Position numbers and translations under genes: made by a program. From Cyanophora paradoxa CCMP329 (taxonomy: Eukaryota > Plantae > Glaucophyta), in contig QPMI01000542.1 in assembly GCA_004431415.1 (NCBI GenBank), positions 310,001-374,000 on the forward strand: a DNA stretch of 64,000 nucleotides, written 5' to 3'. This document shows positions 23,501 through 37,756 of this stretch, one piece after another (positions within the stretch are counted from its first letter, which is position 1; each line of letters starts with the position of its first letter). The notes under the pieces were generated by a model. The model did not search any database. It was not told the origin of the DNA and was given only the letters and a program-made list of their open reading frames with translations.

Positions 23501-26500
23501 CACTAGTGGAGGGGGGGGTCCCGGGAGATCAGCTGGAGAATATGAAATCCAATCTCTAATCTCCATTTCCGGACTATAGAGGATTTCTGGAGATTAACAC
23601 GAGACTACCTGGAGATTAAAACCGAGACTAGCCGGAGACTAGATGTGCATGCATGTGCAGACTTCCCGGAGATTAGAAACCTTAGCTATAGAGACTTTCG
23701 GGAGAGTTCTTGCCCCGCCCCGCAGAACCACAGGAGACTTTCCGGAGACTTCATGGTACGCCCAGGCAGATTTTCTGGAGATTAAACAAAATGCAGATAG
23801 CTATATATATATAGCTAATATAGCTATCTAGCTGCGCTGCAGCGATAGCTAGCAATCTAGCTACAGCTTTCTAGCTACGGCTACTTCTCTTGAAGGGAAG
23901 CGACGAGATCGGCCCCGGCCCGTGTGAGCTAGGTGTGAACTTGCCGAGGAGTCGCGCCCACGCTGCAGAGCTCGAGGCAGGCAAAGATCTGGGGCCGCGA
24001 GTCAGAAAGGGCGAGCGGGCGAGCGTCCGACCGGGAGGACCGCGTACCTTCATCGAGGATCGTGAGGCGAAGTCGCGCTCACGCTGCACGCCTCGACGCA
24101 GGCGAAGATCTGGGGCCGCGAGTCAGCAAGCGCGAGCGGGCCTCGGCGGGGATCGGGCGGCGGCGAGCGTCCGGCCGGGAGGAGCGCATACCTTCATCGA
24201 GGATCGCGAGGCGAAGTCGCGCTCACGCTGCACGCCTCGACGCAGGCGAAGATCTGGGGCCGCGAGTCAGCAAGCGCGAGCGGGCCTCGGCGGGGATCGG
24301 GCAGCGGCGAGCGTCCGGCCGGGAGGAGCGCATACCTTCATCGAGGATCGCGAGGCGAAGTCGCGCCCACGCTGCACGCCTCGACGCAGGCGAAGATCTG
24401 GGGCCGCGAGTCAGCAAGCGCGAGCGGGCCTCGGCGGGGATCGGGCGGCGGCGAGCGTCCGGTCGGGAGGAACGCGTACCTTCATCGAGGATCGCGAGGC
24501 GAACTCGCGCGGGGCTGCAGCCTGCAGCTGCAGGAAGTGTGAAGTCCGAGTCGTGCGGTCGCGGGTCACCACGGAAGTTCCTGCGTGCGACGATTAGCAA
24601 GAATAGCCCACAGAGCGATCGCAGCGCGTCCGAGAGCACGAGTTAAGCCGCGCTCCGCGGATCGGACCTGGCGGGCTGCGGACAAAGCCGTTCGGCGCTC
24701 CGGGCGGAAGCTGCCCACTTCCTGAAGCTCTCTGGTCAGCACAGAGTGTATGGAGAAGTCGGCAGCTCGCGGGAGGCGGGCCACGGACCTGATTCGACGA
24801 AGTCCGCCGCGGCCCGCTCTCGCTGCCGACCTGCGCGCGTACGAGATGCACACAACACTAGAGAGGCCGCTGCTGCATGCTCCGCTCGCCCGCGGGCGCA
24901 GCAAGGCGCAGCAGCGGGCAGCGAGGACTCCGATATTTGCGACTTGTGTACCCCGTTCAAAATCGGTACCCAAGTTCGAAGACCTCGGACCTCCGACCTT
25001 GCTCTTAGCTATAGCTAGAGTTATGCAAGACAAGCGGCGAGTGCAGCTCTGCACTGGAGGCGCTAGCTACGAAGAGTGGAGAGCGCCATAGACCCCGCAG
25101 GCTCCGCAGGTGACGTGGCCAGATGCGTGCGGCAGCGCAGGAGGCCGCTTGCTCTTAGCAGCGTACCGAGAGCGTGGATGCGTGGTGCGCTGGATCGGTC
25201 CCCGCGAGCCCCCATTGCGCTCTCCAGCGGCGCCGACCTCGGGAGAAGTTGCTCATCCGGGCCCAGGTTCGGCGCAGCTCCCCGCTCTACATCACAGAGG
25301 TCTTGAGTCGATGTAAGAGCGCCACTTGCACGCTTTCAGCCCGACCTGACGCGATTTCGTGCAGGCTGGCAGGCGGCGTGCGGATTGCTTGCACCTTCGA
25401 GAGCGCACGACGCACCGCGCACGCGCAACGCTCTGCATCGTCTCTCCGGTCGATCCTGTTGCAGGCGAGCCGCGCCCGCTGCCGCGCCGCGCCCGAGCGC
25501 CGACGGCCGCCGCAGTTTGATGGTCGCGCGGCCGCACCCGTGCGCTCCCGCCCAATCGCTGCGCATTCCCGTGATCCTCGCCTCAGATGCTCGCGAAACG
25601 GCCGCGCGGGAGCGGGTCCTCCGCCGCTCCTTCCCCCCTCGCGGGCGGCCTTCCTCGGCTCCACGACCATCCCGTCGCCGAGCTCGCCCAGGTCCGAGGG
25701 GTCCCTAGGGGAGGGAGAATCAACTTTCGGCCGACCACGTAGGCTTATAAAGGGCTTCAATACGAGTTAAAAGAGCATAGTATCCGGTCCGGTGGCTCAC
25801 GTTTAGAGACGACTTCCTGGGAGCGCTGCCGGGCCGCTGGGCCACGGGAATCGCTGCCGCGGGCGCGTTCTCTTTCCCCGCGCACTGGTCTGCATCTAAC
25901 CTCAATCCCGGAACTCGCAGATCTCGCAGGCGAGCTCTCCACGCGAAACGGCTGAGGAGCTCCGAGCGTTTCGGGTGCGCGCTCGCCAGGGCGGCGATTC
26001 CTCCCAAAATTTTCTTAGCAGAGGCAGCTCCTCTGAGGGAGTAGAGTACGGGGGACCGCCTTTCGACCCCCTTCGATTCCGTGAGGAGCTTCCTTTGCGG
26101 ATCTAGCGCCAGGGCCAGGGCGCAGCTCTTAAGCCCCATCAATCATCTTAAATGTCTCTTCAATGCGCATCTCACATATTTTTGCCTCCCAGATTGTCGG
26201 GGATCGATCTGGCGCTTTCGTGGAGCCCGTGGAGCTCGAGGACGACGTCCGCCGCCTCCAGGTACGAAGGTGCCCCTGGGGGGCAAAAATCAACTTTCGG
26301 CCGACCACGTAGGCTTATAGAGGGCTTCAATACGAGTTAAATGAGCATAGTCTCCGGTCCGGCAGATTACTTTTAGAAACGACTTCCTGGCACTGTTGCC
26401 GGGCCGCTGTGCCACGAGAATCGCTGCGCCGGGCGCGTTCTCTTATCCCGCGCACTAGTCTGCATCTAATCTCGAGTTCTGCTTGTTCAGATTTCGCAGG

Positions 26501-28601
26501 CGAACTCCCCACGCGAAACGGCTGCGGAGCTCCGCGCTTTTCTGGTGCGCGCTCGCCAGGCCGCGGCGCCGCTCTTAAGCTCTACGCATAATCTCAAATG
26601 TCTCTTCAATGCGCGCTGCGACGTGCTTCTAGATCGCCCCGTTCTGAACACCCCCCGCCTGACCTTATTCTGACATTATTCTGACACTATCCCCTAGGAC
26701 GGACCTCCCGACCCGCCCCGGGCCACCGGAGGCGCGCCGGACCGCCGGACTTGCGCGGCCCGACGGAGACGGGTGCGGGCAAGCGGTGCGTACCCCTACC
26801 GGGGGGTACATGATTTCTTAGTGACCTTCCTTCAGTTCCTCATTTCTCGGCACGGCGGCGGCGACGGGCGGCTCCGCGCGGCTCCCCGTGCGCGTCTTGA
26901 CATGGGCTATCCACAGGCCGAGCGCGGCGCCCGGCGCCGCGGCCGGGGAGGAGCCCGGGCCCGAGATCTCCCCAGGAGAACCCTCTGGACCGCCGCGCTC
27001 CTCTGCGCCTTCCCTATTCCCGCGCGTAAGGATGCACGGAGGTCGTTAGGATGATTCTTTATCTAAATGTGCAGTAAACATGCAGCGCGATTTTCGCTTT
27101 CGGCACAGCGGGGCAGTTTTCGCACGCGCCGTCCCGCGGAGCGGCGCTGGGGGCTGCGCGGCCTCTATACGCATCTCTAATCGATATAGAATGTTCGTGG
27201 CATGCTGCGCGCCGGGTGGGGGTTCCGGGGAATGCATTCCGCAGCGGAAAGTATACGCAGCCGGTTCAAATTTGGCGGCCTGTTGTGAACGCACCGGCTC
27301 ATCTCCAGCTTCTAAAACTTGCATATTTGGAATCAGAAGCTTCAAAATAGGGTGGGTGCTTGTTTCTAGGTCGATACGAGAAGAGGGCCCGATCCACGAC
27401 TCGGTCATGAACATGATGATCATGAACATGATTTGCATGACATGACATCGGCGGTTTGCACTCAACCTGCGCATTTTACATTTTACGAAATACCATAAAT
27501 ATCCAGAAGGGTGTAGATGGGGGTTTTCGAGGGTGGCGGAGACGATGGGCGTGTTTCTGCGGCCAGCCAATTAAAGCCTGAACCGGTATTCAAGATTCGC
27601 AGTAACGGGGGCCCCATATTGCTCCCAGCATCATTCCGCCCCACCCATTCGCAGGCAGCTTCCACCACTCCGAATATAAGTCATTCAGATGCTATTAAGA
27701 GATACTGCATGCTTGGAAGCCCGCTCGGAGTTCGAACCACGAGCCCCGCACCCCTCGAGCCCTTGGCCCCCGCGTGCTCAGTTTGCAGACGAGCTGGCCT
27801 CGTTCATATCGATGCTATAAGTTATATATAATTAGCTGCAGGAAGGCACACTACCTACAACTAAAACTGTAATATTGATAAATTCGGACGTCGATACATA
27901 CGCCATACATGTCCAGCCGAAATTCTAGCGGAGCACAGCGAACGATTGGCGCGAAACTGAGCACGTCAGAAGTGCAGTTTAGAGCAATCTAGAGCAGGGA
28001 AATTTTTGGTTTCGCGCCAATGTCTCGCCGTGCAGAAGTTGGCCTCGGGGTCGCTGCGCCCCGGCCCCCTCTTCAGCCCTCGACAGCGCAAGGCAGCTCA
28101 AGGCCCGCCCAGGCCCCCCGCTCCCCAACTGCCCTTCCGGGACTCGAACGCTGGAGCAATAAGACGCCGGCCGGGCGCGCTGCTAGCTCGGCTAGCTCGC
28201 CGCGAAACTGGCCTTTTCCTCGTCGCCTTTGTATGGCCATACATCTAGGAAAATTTCGTACCGGATCCGCACGAAACTGAGCCTTATTCTAGCATCAAGA
28301 TGCATATTAGCTAGTATTAAACGCTTCAGTTTCTCGCCAATCGCTTCCCATTATTTTATCCAGCCAAATCGACCAGATACTCTAGATCGATATCTCCGCG
28401 AAGTCTCCAGCCAAGGCGCGGAGACTTGCTGGAGAGTGGCTCTATACAAGTCTCCAAAGAGTCTCCAAGCGGATATTAGCTGGAGACTACAGCTCAGGAA
28501 ATACTCCATCTAGTCTCCTGAAGCCCCAAAAATGCGTTAGTCTCCAGCTAGTCTCAGTCTATTCTCCAGCTGATCTCCCGGGACCCCCCCCTCCACTAGT
28601 G
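23501..28601. mobile_element. Non-autonomous CACTA transposon, complete copy B (duplicated with its flanks)
   Basis: Same TIRs, GAG TSD and flanks as copy A, so it arose by segmental duplication and not by a new insertion. Confidence 0.92.
23947..24506. repeat. 144-bp tandem repeat inside CACTA copy B
   Basis: Same array as 10576-11135; the first full unit starts at 24064. Confidence 0.92.
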
Positions 28602-30195
28602 GAGCCCGGGGATATCGATCCGCGAGCCGCTGAGCTGGGGTCCTGCAGCTGGGGACCCGCCCGAGATCTAGAGATTCTAGCCTATAGCTAGCAGCTGCAG
28701 ACCGTACGCGTCGGACCACGCGCGCGCTGCGCATGCGGGCCTGCGCATGCGGCACGTGCATGCGCACGCGTACGCGTATATGCGTATACGTACGTACGAG
28801 GGCGCGTGTATACAGGGCCCACGTGCACGCGGGCCGCGGCTCGGGGGCCCGGCCGGCGCGGGGCGGGCCCGAGGGGGGGGGGTACTGCCGTACCGGCCCC
28901 ACTCGTCGCGTCGACTCGCCGCGCGGAAAGGCGCGGTGCGCCGGTTGGCACAAGCGATTCGACGCGCCGGCGTCGATGTCTCCGCGGCGAGTCCGCGCAG
29001 AGTCCGCGGAGCTTCATGTGTTTTGATTCTTTTGAAAGGTTTTTCAATCTGAAGAATTAAAAAAAGACAAAGGAATCATTGAAAGGTAACTTCGGGTAAC
29101 TTCCGAAAAAAGTGTTGCCGCAGGCTGGCCCGCACTGCCCCGCAGTGCGATCGCCGGTACCGCCAGGCGCCGCGAGCCTCGCGATCGGAGGCCGGGCCGC
29201 CGGGCGGCGGGCGCCGGCGGCGCGGCCAGCGCCGCCGCGCGGCCGCGCGCCCGCGCCCGAGCGCCGCGGCGCCCGGCCGCCGCCAGCTGCAGCCCGGCGC
29301 CGCGCCGCCGGCGCCCGCCGCGCTCCCGAGTCCCGAGTCCTGATCGCGACTCGCCGACAGTCGGCGAGTCCCGAGTCCCGGAGTCCCGAGTCTCCCGACC
29401 GTCGGACTCCCGACTCCCGACTCCCGAGTCCGAGTCCCGACTCCCGAGTCCCGACTCCCGAGTCCCGAGTCCCGACTCGGCGACTCCCGAGCCTCGGAGT
29501 CCCGACTCCCGACTCCCGACTCCCGGAGTCCGGCGAGTCCCGACTTCCGCGCCCGAGTCGGCCGACTCGGCGAGTCCGACTTCGACCCGGGCCCTGATCG
29601 GAGGCGCCGTGCCGACTCACAGGGATCCGGACTCCGGATCCGGAGTCGGCTCATCAGCCTGGCAGACTCCTCGGCTCTGCTGCGCTCTACTAGGCTACTC
29701 TGGCTACTACTACTAGGCTGCTCTGCTGCTGCCAGCATCCTGCTGGTCCCTGGAGGCTGGGAGCCTGGGACTCCCTGCAGCGGCTGGTCCGTGGCGACTC
29801 CGAGCAGCTGCAGGCTGTACTGCAGGCTGCAGCAGGCGTCTGCAGCTGCCTGGGCGACACTGTGACAGCTGGTAGGATCCGGAGGCGCGAGTCGGCGCAT
29901 GCACTGCAGCAGGCATCGGCAGCTGCCCTGGGCCTGTTCCTAGGCCTGGGCCGCCGCCTGGCCCAGCAGCTGCAGACTGCAGTCACTGAGTGTTTCGAGT
30001 CAACTTTCGACTGTCTGTGGAGCTCCTGCAGCTGGAGATCTAGACGCGAACATCTATATATATAGGTCTGCAGTACTAGTTAGCTAGCCATAGATCTATA
30101 GCTATAGCTAGGCCCAGCAGCTTCGAATTCGCAGCATCCATATGCATGCGCAAATGTGCAGCCTTGAATGCAGCTACGCATGCATATGCATGCAT

Positions 30196-33100
30196 ATGGC
30201 GCCGGCCTGCAGCCGCAGCTGCCCCGCGGCGGGCGGGCAGAGTCCCGCGGCCGCGCGCGCCTGTGCACGCGAAGGCAAGGGCCCCGCGGCCGGCGCCGGC
30301 ACTGGCGCCAGTCGCAGGTCGCCTCGCGACCGGCGAGATCTAGATCTGGAGCTCGACCGCCGGCAGCGGCCGTCGGGGGCGGCCGCCGTAGGTCTCGGCG
30401 CATGCGCGCTGCTGGCCCTCCAGCTCGGGCTGCTGACCGTGGCGCTCCTGCCTGCGGCTTCGGCAATATCCATCAACGCCTCGTCAATCGTGCTGGCCCC
30501 GCCTTCCCGGCCGCCCACTGGCTTTGAGACCGCGGAAACGTACTACGCCTCTGTTCAGGTACGCAATTGCAATTTGGCAAATGCTGTCCCATTGTCATTT
30601 AAATTTGCGAATAAGTCCGATACACGTGCCGGTACTTTAAGCACAATTTGGTTCGCGCTCATCTTACATAAGACTTAATTGCATCTCCCACACTATATAT
30701 AGCTATTTTCAGGCCGGGAGTGTGCACGTGGACCGAACCCTTAGTCACACACGCGGCTAATGACGCCGTCGCAGCGCGTGTACGCCGCTTCGACGGACCC
30801 CACAACGAAGCTCGTCTTCGGCCGCAAGAGTCCGTCTGGGCCGCGGCCGCCGCCCGCGCCCTAGGCCTCCCTCCGGCTTCGAGCTGATCATGAGCCACCA
30901 CCGGTACCGGCGCCGTTGCGCAGGCGAGCTGTGGCTGGTGGTCGACGTCGATGACCCTCCCGGGATCGATGAGGCGAGTTCTCCTGTCAGGCCTCCCGCC
31001 TCCACACCTGCAGCGTCGACGAGGGTGCGAAACAATAAATTCCGCCTTTCTTATGGCTGACCAAGACTTTCCCATGGGCCACCCTTTCCGTGGCACAGCG
31101 GCCATGCTGGCCAGCCCGGCTGCAGCCCTTACATCGTCGTGAGCGCTCCGAGCACCAACGTCACCTTCCGCGTCCCCACGTGCCCCGGTATCCCGAATCC
31201 CATCCCGAAACCATCGTCTGCTTCGAATTCATTGTTATATTTTTATAAAGAACTCCAGCTTCAAGCTATTTTTATAAGACTCTTGTTTGACGCTTGACAT
31301 TTACACGCGGCGCGGCAGGGCGCAGACGCCGTGGCGTCCCACCACGCGACCTCGCGCCTCTACTTCCGCCACGTCGTCAACGACGAGGACCCGTCCTCGA
31401 GCCCCTCCGCGCCCGATCGTGTCAGCGGCCTTCAGCTTCCAATTTAAATTCGTCTCTTCGTGTGATTCGGAGCGTGCAGGAACCTCGCAAACTGCAACTA
31501 CATCACGACAGCTTTCGGGATACTGGAGGTGCGATGCTCCGATCCGTTCTTCTAAGAGTCTTAAGCTCGAGCTCGAACCAACTCGTTTTCGCTGATCGCA
31601 AATCCCGCTTTTCGAAATCGGCAGTACATCACGCTCGACAACGCGACGCACGCGCCCAGCGGGTACTTCGAGGTCGAGCCCGACCCCTCAACCCACTCAA
31701 TGCAGACCCCGTCGTCGACACGGTGCGCCATTCAGTCCTTTTGAGTCCAGCAATATGTCTTATTCCGCTTTGCTTGCAGTCGAAGCGCATCAAGCTCGAC
31801 CCGGAGCTAGAGCCCGTGTCTCTGCAGCTGGTCCATGTCGATGTTAAATCAAACGTCTGCCGCTTCTGCGCTGATTCCGGTCTCATCCTGCAGATCGGGG
31901 CTGAGCCTGGCTCGACCCTTTCCGTCAATGACGTCATGTGGGTGGCGATCACTTTCGACGGGGTCATCGTGCGCCCGAAATTGAACCGCGACTCTGTCTT
32001 CCCGGACACGTAAAATTTCCTCTCGAAATAATCCTAATCATAACCCCTGCACACCACAGGACGACCCTCTTCCGCCGAACTGTTCCATTGCTGTCAACCT
32101 GTGCGCTGCCGCATGCGCATATGCATGCTCAGCCGTTTGAATACCATTATATTCAAACTAATCTCTTGTTCGAGCTTCGAGCTGCTGCCGACGTTGTTTT
32201 CACTTCTGCTTAAGCTTATTCAACCCCCCCGGCTCGACAGCAATTTCCGGACCATTGAAGACTGGCAGGCAGTCTCGCGCGATGATGCGCTCGCGGGAAT
32301 GGGCGGTGCGGCCACGCCACAATCAGCGATCACACACTCGTCTACCGTCACACGTACGCGTGCAGCTTGATGCTTGTTTCGCATGCGCATGGGTCTCCGA
32401 GCGCTAAACGATCACGGCATGCGCAGGGTTCTGAAGGGTGAGAACTCGAGGGCGATTGCGGTGAGGAGCCCCGTAACACAGGGCCTCATCATCTCGAACG
32501 ATTGCTCCTCGAAGTGCGGCTTGCGCCGAGGCGGAATGCGTGCTCCCTCTCAGAGTCTCTGCAGGGGGATGCGATTCGCGTCCGCGAAAGCAGGAGCAAA
32601 GCGGACCGTGAGCCTCGCAGGTGCATTCGAGAGAAGGGGCGCCGGGCGCGTGTCTAAGCTGGGCTCAAATCTCCCTGCAGACCTCGTCTTCTCGCCATGC
32701 AAGCGGTCCTTGACCTCGCCGAGCGGCTGCGAGCCCGGAGTGACCTCCGTCGGCGTTGACACCCTCCGTGCGCCAACGCCCCGACCGGGATCTCAATTGA
32801 AAGCCACATGAGTAGCTCCAGAAATTAATCTGAGCGGTGTTTTGCGGCAGCCCGCGGATGGTCGGCGTCAGCACACGCAAGGACCCGAAGTCGGTGTTCT
32901 ACAGCGGCGACGCTATCGATATTGGTAGGCATATCACTAATCGTATAACAGCTGGCTTCTGTCACTGACCACATTTATGTGTGCGCAGCGGTTCTTTTCA
33001 CCAAGCCGTGATTTTTGTGGTTTCTCCCGACAATGGCGTCAATCCTTCGGTCTGCCTGCGTTGCCCTGCGTAGAAATATCCGAACAAGCGTTTGTACATG

Positions 33101-35006
33101 GGTCGCTCAACTGGCTCTCCGGATCCTTCGCGCAGCCGTGGGCGGCCTTACCTCGACCTGAACTCCGGCGGCGAGGCCTCTTTCGTCGGATACTTCCCGA
33201 ACGACAATTCCACCCTTCTCTTCCGCTACCTAGTTGCGGTTCGTCGCTCAGGATCGCACAGCTCAGTTGCCGGAATGCTTCTGCTAAATCTGCAGCGCTG
33301 ATCCTCGGAGAGCAGTCTGGCGAGACGACGGACGGGAAGCCCCTTGAGGTCGTCAAGTTCGAAACAAACGGCGCCGTCGTTACGTCGGCCAACGGCCTGG
33401 ACAGTGCGCCGTGCAATCGCAAAGGCTTTTGACCTCGCTCAAGAAAGCTTATCGCATTCTTTCGCGTCTCAGTTGTCGCGAACGAAGAGGTGCTGAAGGC
33501 GGTTAAGGATGCGAACAGCGGCCTGTCAGCCGCTGGCCTCATTGTTCAGCGCTCCAGCACTGCGCGCCGGGTACGATCTGTACATGGTTTAAAAACGCAT
33601 TTCTCATTTGAGAGGCAACGATCGATTTTGCGAGCGCAGCTCGAGGTATTCGGCGCTGTCGCGGGGCCGTGATGTCTTCTCGCTCCACTCGGTCATTTAC
33701 ATTATTCTTACCTTCGACGACGTGGTGCGGCGCGTTTGTGATGAATTGCTGCACAGCTGCAGGCGGGCTCACAGTGTTTTCTCGTAATTTGCACAGGTCT
33801 TCCAGCGCCCGAAGGACAACAACTCCGCCGCCTCGACGCCTGCCGGCCGACGCTGCGCACTAACTTCGGAACTTGGAGTTCCTCCCGCGCGAGGAGTCAA
33901 CGCTATTGTCCAGGTGCTATTTTGCGCTTGACGTCGCCTGAACGCGTACGTGCCTGAACGCTTCGCAGGGCAACGTGGCAGGCCGCCAGCAGATCGTATT
34001 TCGCCGTTCAGTGGAAGTGCGCGAAATCATATGCGACCGGACGCCGTGTTCGTGCATACGAAGCCGCCTCTGACAGCGACGCAGCCCGAGGACGGGCTGT
34101 ACGAGAGCATCGAGATCGAGAAGCCGTACGACACTGCGGTCAACGCCACCGGCTGCAGCCCCGCCGCGAGTGCGCGCGCGTGGCTCTGCATGCGCATTTT
34201 AATTTGTGAAACCGATCTGCTTTCGACTCTGTTAATTCTCCAATGCAATTCTCCTGTTAATATATTCTGTTTCAATGTTTCTTGAACAGCGGCATGGTTG
34301 TACCGGTGGCGCTCTCGAAGATCGCGGGCTTCTACCCGCTGGAGAATCAAAACAACCCCTTTGAGGCATGGGTGAAGGTGCGTGAGCAAAGCGCTCGCAT
34401 ATCTGAATATCTGCATATCTGCATCTGCTGTCTAATTCCAAGCTAGATCGATACCTTTTCGGCCAGCATCGTCGGAGTTGCCGCAAAGGTAATTGGTCTT
34501 GTTAATGATTATTCGATCCCCCAGCTGCAGTCTATCGTTTTGAGATTCTTCCAGTTCTCGAACATCACTGTGGCCTCGCTCCCGGTCGCATAGGGTACGT
34601 ATACGTTCTCGAGACGAGCTCGCGAGCATCGCCACCCGTGCATCCGACAACACCGCGCGCGCCGCAGGACGTCGATATCCTCGTCACATTTTCGAAACCG
34701 GTGGACTACCAAATCCTCGTGCGACCACAAACTTGCAGCCAAAATCGATACCGAATTCGTCTTCGTGGCTCACGCGCACGCGGCCGCGGCGCGCGCGCAG
34801 CTGACCCGCTGAACGTGCAGGACGCGGCGAAGACGCGGGAGGCACGCCTGTACGGCACGCCGCGCATCGCCCTCAACACGCTCGCCTACGCGTACCTCCT
34901 CGGCTACGCCAACCCGGACATTCCCGGCCAGCTTGATCCATTACGCACTCCAAGAGCAGTGTTCGTCATGAACATGATGATCATGAACATGATTTGCATG
35001 ACATGA
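30196..35006 (+). pseudogene. 3'-truncated copy 3 of the channel gene
   Basis: Same sequence and junction as copy 1, with many 1-bp deletions in G/C runs; in-frame TGA ends at 35006. Confidence 0.85.
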
Positions 35007-36162
35007 CATCGGCGGTTTGCACTCAACCTGCGCATTTTACATTTTACGAAATACCATAAATATCCAGAAGGTGTAGATGGGGTTTTCGAGGGTGGCGGAG
35101 ACGATGGGCGTGTTTCTGCGGCCAGCCAATTAAAGCCTGAACCGGTATTCAAGATTCGCAGTAACGGGGCCCCATATTGCTCCCAGCATCATTCCGCCCC
35201 ACCATTCGCAGGCAGCTTCCACCACTCCGAATATAAGTCATTCAGATGCTATTAAGAGATACTGCATGCTTGGAAGCCCGCTCGGAGTTCGAACCACGAG
35301 CCCCGCACCCTCGAGCCCTTGGCCCCCGCGTGCTCAGTTTGCAGACGAGCTGGCCTCGTTCATATCGATGCTATAAGTTATATATAATTAGCTGCAGGAA
35401 GGCACACTACCTACAACTAAAACTGTAATATTGATAAATTCGGACGTCGATACATACGCCATACATGTCCAGCCGAAATTCTAGCGGAGCACAGCGAACG
35501 ATTGGCGCGAAACTGAGCACGTCAGAAGTGCAGTTTAGAGCAATCTAGAGCAGGGAAATTTTTGGTTTCGCGCCAATGTCTCGCCGTGCAGAAGTTGGCC
35601 TCGGGGGTCGCTGCGCCCCGGCCCCCTCTTCAGCCCTCGACAGCGCAAGGCAGCTCAAGGCCCGCCCAGGCCCCCCCGCTCCCCCCAACTGCCCTTCCCG
35701 GGACTCGAACGCTGGAGCAATAAGACGCCGGCCGGGCGCGCTGCTAGCTCGGCTAGCTCGCCGCGAAACTGGCCTTTTCCTCGTCGCCTTTGTATGGCCA
35801 TACATCTAGGAAAATTTCGTACCGGATCCGCACGAAACTGAGCCTTATTCTAGCATCAAGATGCATATTAGCTAGTATTAAACGCTTCAGTTTCTCGCCA
35901 ATCGCTTCCCATTATTTTATCCAGCCAAATCGACCAGATACTCTAGATCGATATCTCCGCGAAGTCTCCAGCCAAGGCGCGGAGACTTGCTGGAGAGTGG
36001 CTCTATACAAGTCTCCAAAGAGTCTCCAAGCGGATATTAGCTGGAGACTACAGCTCAGGAAATACTCCATCTAGTCTCCTGAAGCCCCAAAAATGCGTTA
36101 GTCTCCAGCTAGTCTCAGTCTATTCTCCAGCTGATCTCCCGGGACCCCCCCCTCCACTAGTG
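34966..36162. mobile_element. CACTA right-arm fragment with right TIR
   Basis: Matches 14030-15230 and ends ...CCACTAGTG|GAG. Confidence 0.9.
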
Positions 36163-37756
36163 GAGCCCGGGGATATCGATCCGCGAGCCGCTGAGCTGGG
36201 GTCCTGCAGCTGGGGACCCGCCCGAGATCTAGAGATTCTAGCCTATAGCTAGCAGCTGCAGACCGTACGCGTCGGACCACGCGCGCGCTGCGCATGCGGG
36301 CCTGCGCATGCGGCACGTGCATGCGCACGCGTACGCGTATATGCGTATACGTACGTACGAGGGCGCGTGTATACAGGGCCCACGTGCACGCGGGCCGCGG
36401 CTCGGGGGCCCGGCCGGCGCGGGGCGGGCCCGAGGGGGGGGGGTACTGCCGTACCGGCCCCACTCGTCGCGTCGACTCGCCGCGCGGAAAGGCGCGGTGC
36501 GCCGGTTGGCACAAGCGATTCGACGCGCCGGCGTCGATGTCTCCGCGGCGAGTCCGCGCAGAGTCCGCGGAGCTTCATGTGTTTTGATTCTTTTGAAAGG
36601 TTTTTCAATCTGAAGAATTAAAAAAAGACAAAGGAATCATTGAAAGGTAACTTCGGGGTAACTTCCGAAAAAAGTGTTGCCGCAGGCTGGCCCGCACTGC
36701 CCCGCAGTGCGATCGCCGGTACCGCCAGGCGCCGCGAGCCTCGCGATCGGAGGCCGGGGCCGCCGGGCGGCGGGCGCCGGCGGCGCGGCCAGCGCCGCCG
36801 CGCGCCGCGCGGCCCGCGCCCGAGCGCCGCGGCGCCCGGCCGCCGCCAGCTGCAGCCCGGCGCCGCGCCGCCGGCGCCCGCCGCGCTCCCGAGTCCCGAG
36901 TCCTGATCGCGACTCGCCGACAGTCGGCGAGTCCCGAGTCCCGGAGTCCCGAGTCTCCCGACCGTCGGACTCCCGACTCCCGACTCCGAGTCCCGAGTCC
37001 CGACTCCCGAGTCCCGACTCCCGAGTCCGAGTCCCGACTCGGCGACTCCCGAGCCTCGGAGTCCCGACTCCCGACTCCCGACTCCCGGAGTCCGGCGAGT
37101 CCCGACTTCCGCGCCCGAGTCGGCCCGACTCGGCGAGTCCGACTTCGACCCGGGCCCTGATCGGAGGCGCCGTGCCGACTCACAGGATCCGGACTCCGGA
37201 TCCGGAGTCGGCTCATCAGCCTGGCAGACTCCTCGGCTCTGCTGCGCTCTACTAGGCTACTCTGGCTACTACTACTAGGCTGCTCTGCTGCTGCCAGCAT
37301 CCTGCTGGTCCCTGGAGGCTGGAGCCTGGGACTCCCTGCAGCGGCTGGTCCGTGGCGACTCCGAGCAGCTGCAGGCTGTACTGCAGGCTGCAGCAGGCGT
37401 CTGCAGCTGCCCTGGGCGACACTGTGACAGCTGGTAGGATCCGGAGGCGCGAGTCGGCGCATGCACTGCAGCAGGCATCGGCAGCTGCCCTGGGCCTGTT
37501 CCTAGGCCTGGGCCGCCGCCTGGCCCAGCAGCTGCAGACTGCAGTCACTGAGTGTTTCGAGTCAACTTTCGACTGTCTGTGGAGCTCCTGCAGCTGGAGA
37601 TCTAGACGCGAACATCTATATATATAGGTCTGCAGTACTAGTTAGCTAGCCATAGATCTATAGCTATAGCTAGGCCAGCAGCTTCGAATTCGCAGCATCC
37701 ATATGCATGCGCAAATGTGCAGCCTTGAATGCAGCTACGCATGCATATGCATGCAT

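Noticed and set aside
23501-28601. Second independent CACTA insertion
   Set aside because: It has the same TSD and identical flanks on both sides, so it is part of the 13.4-kb segmental duplication.
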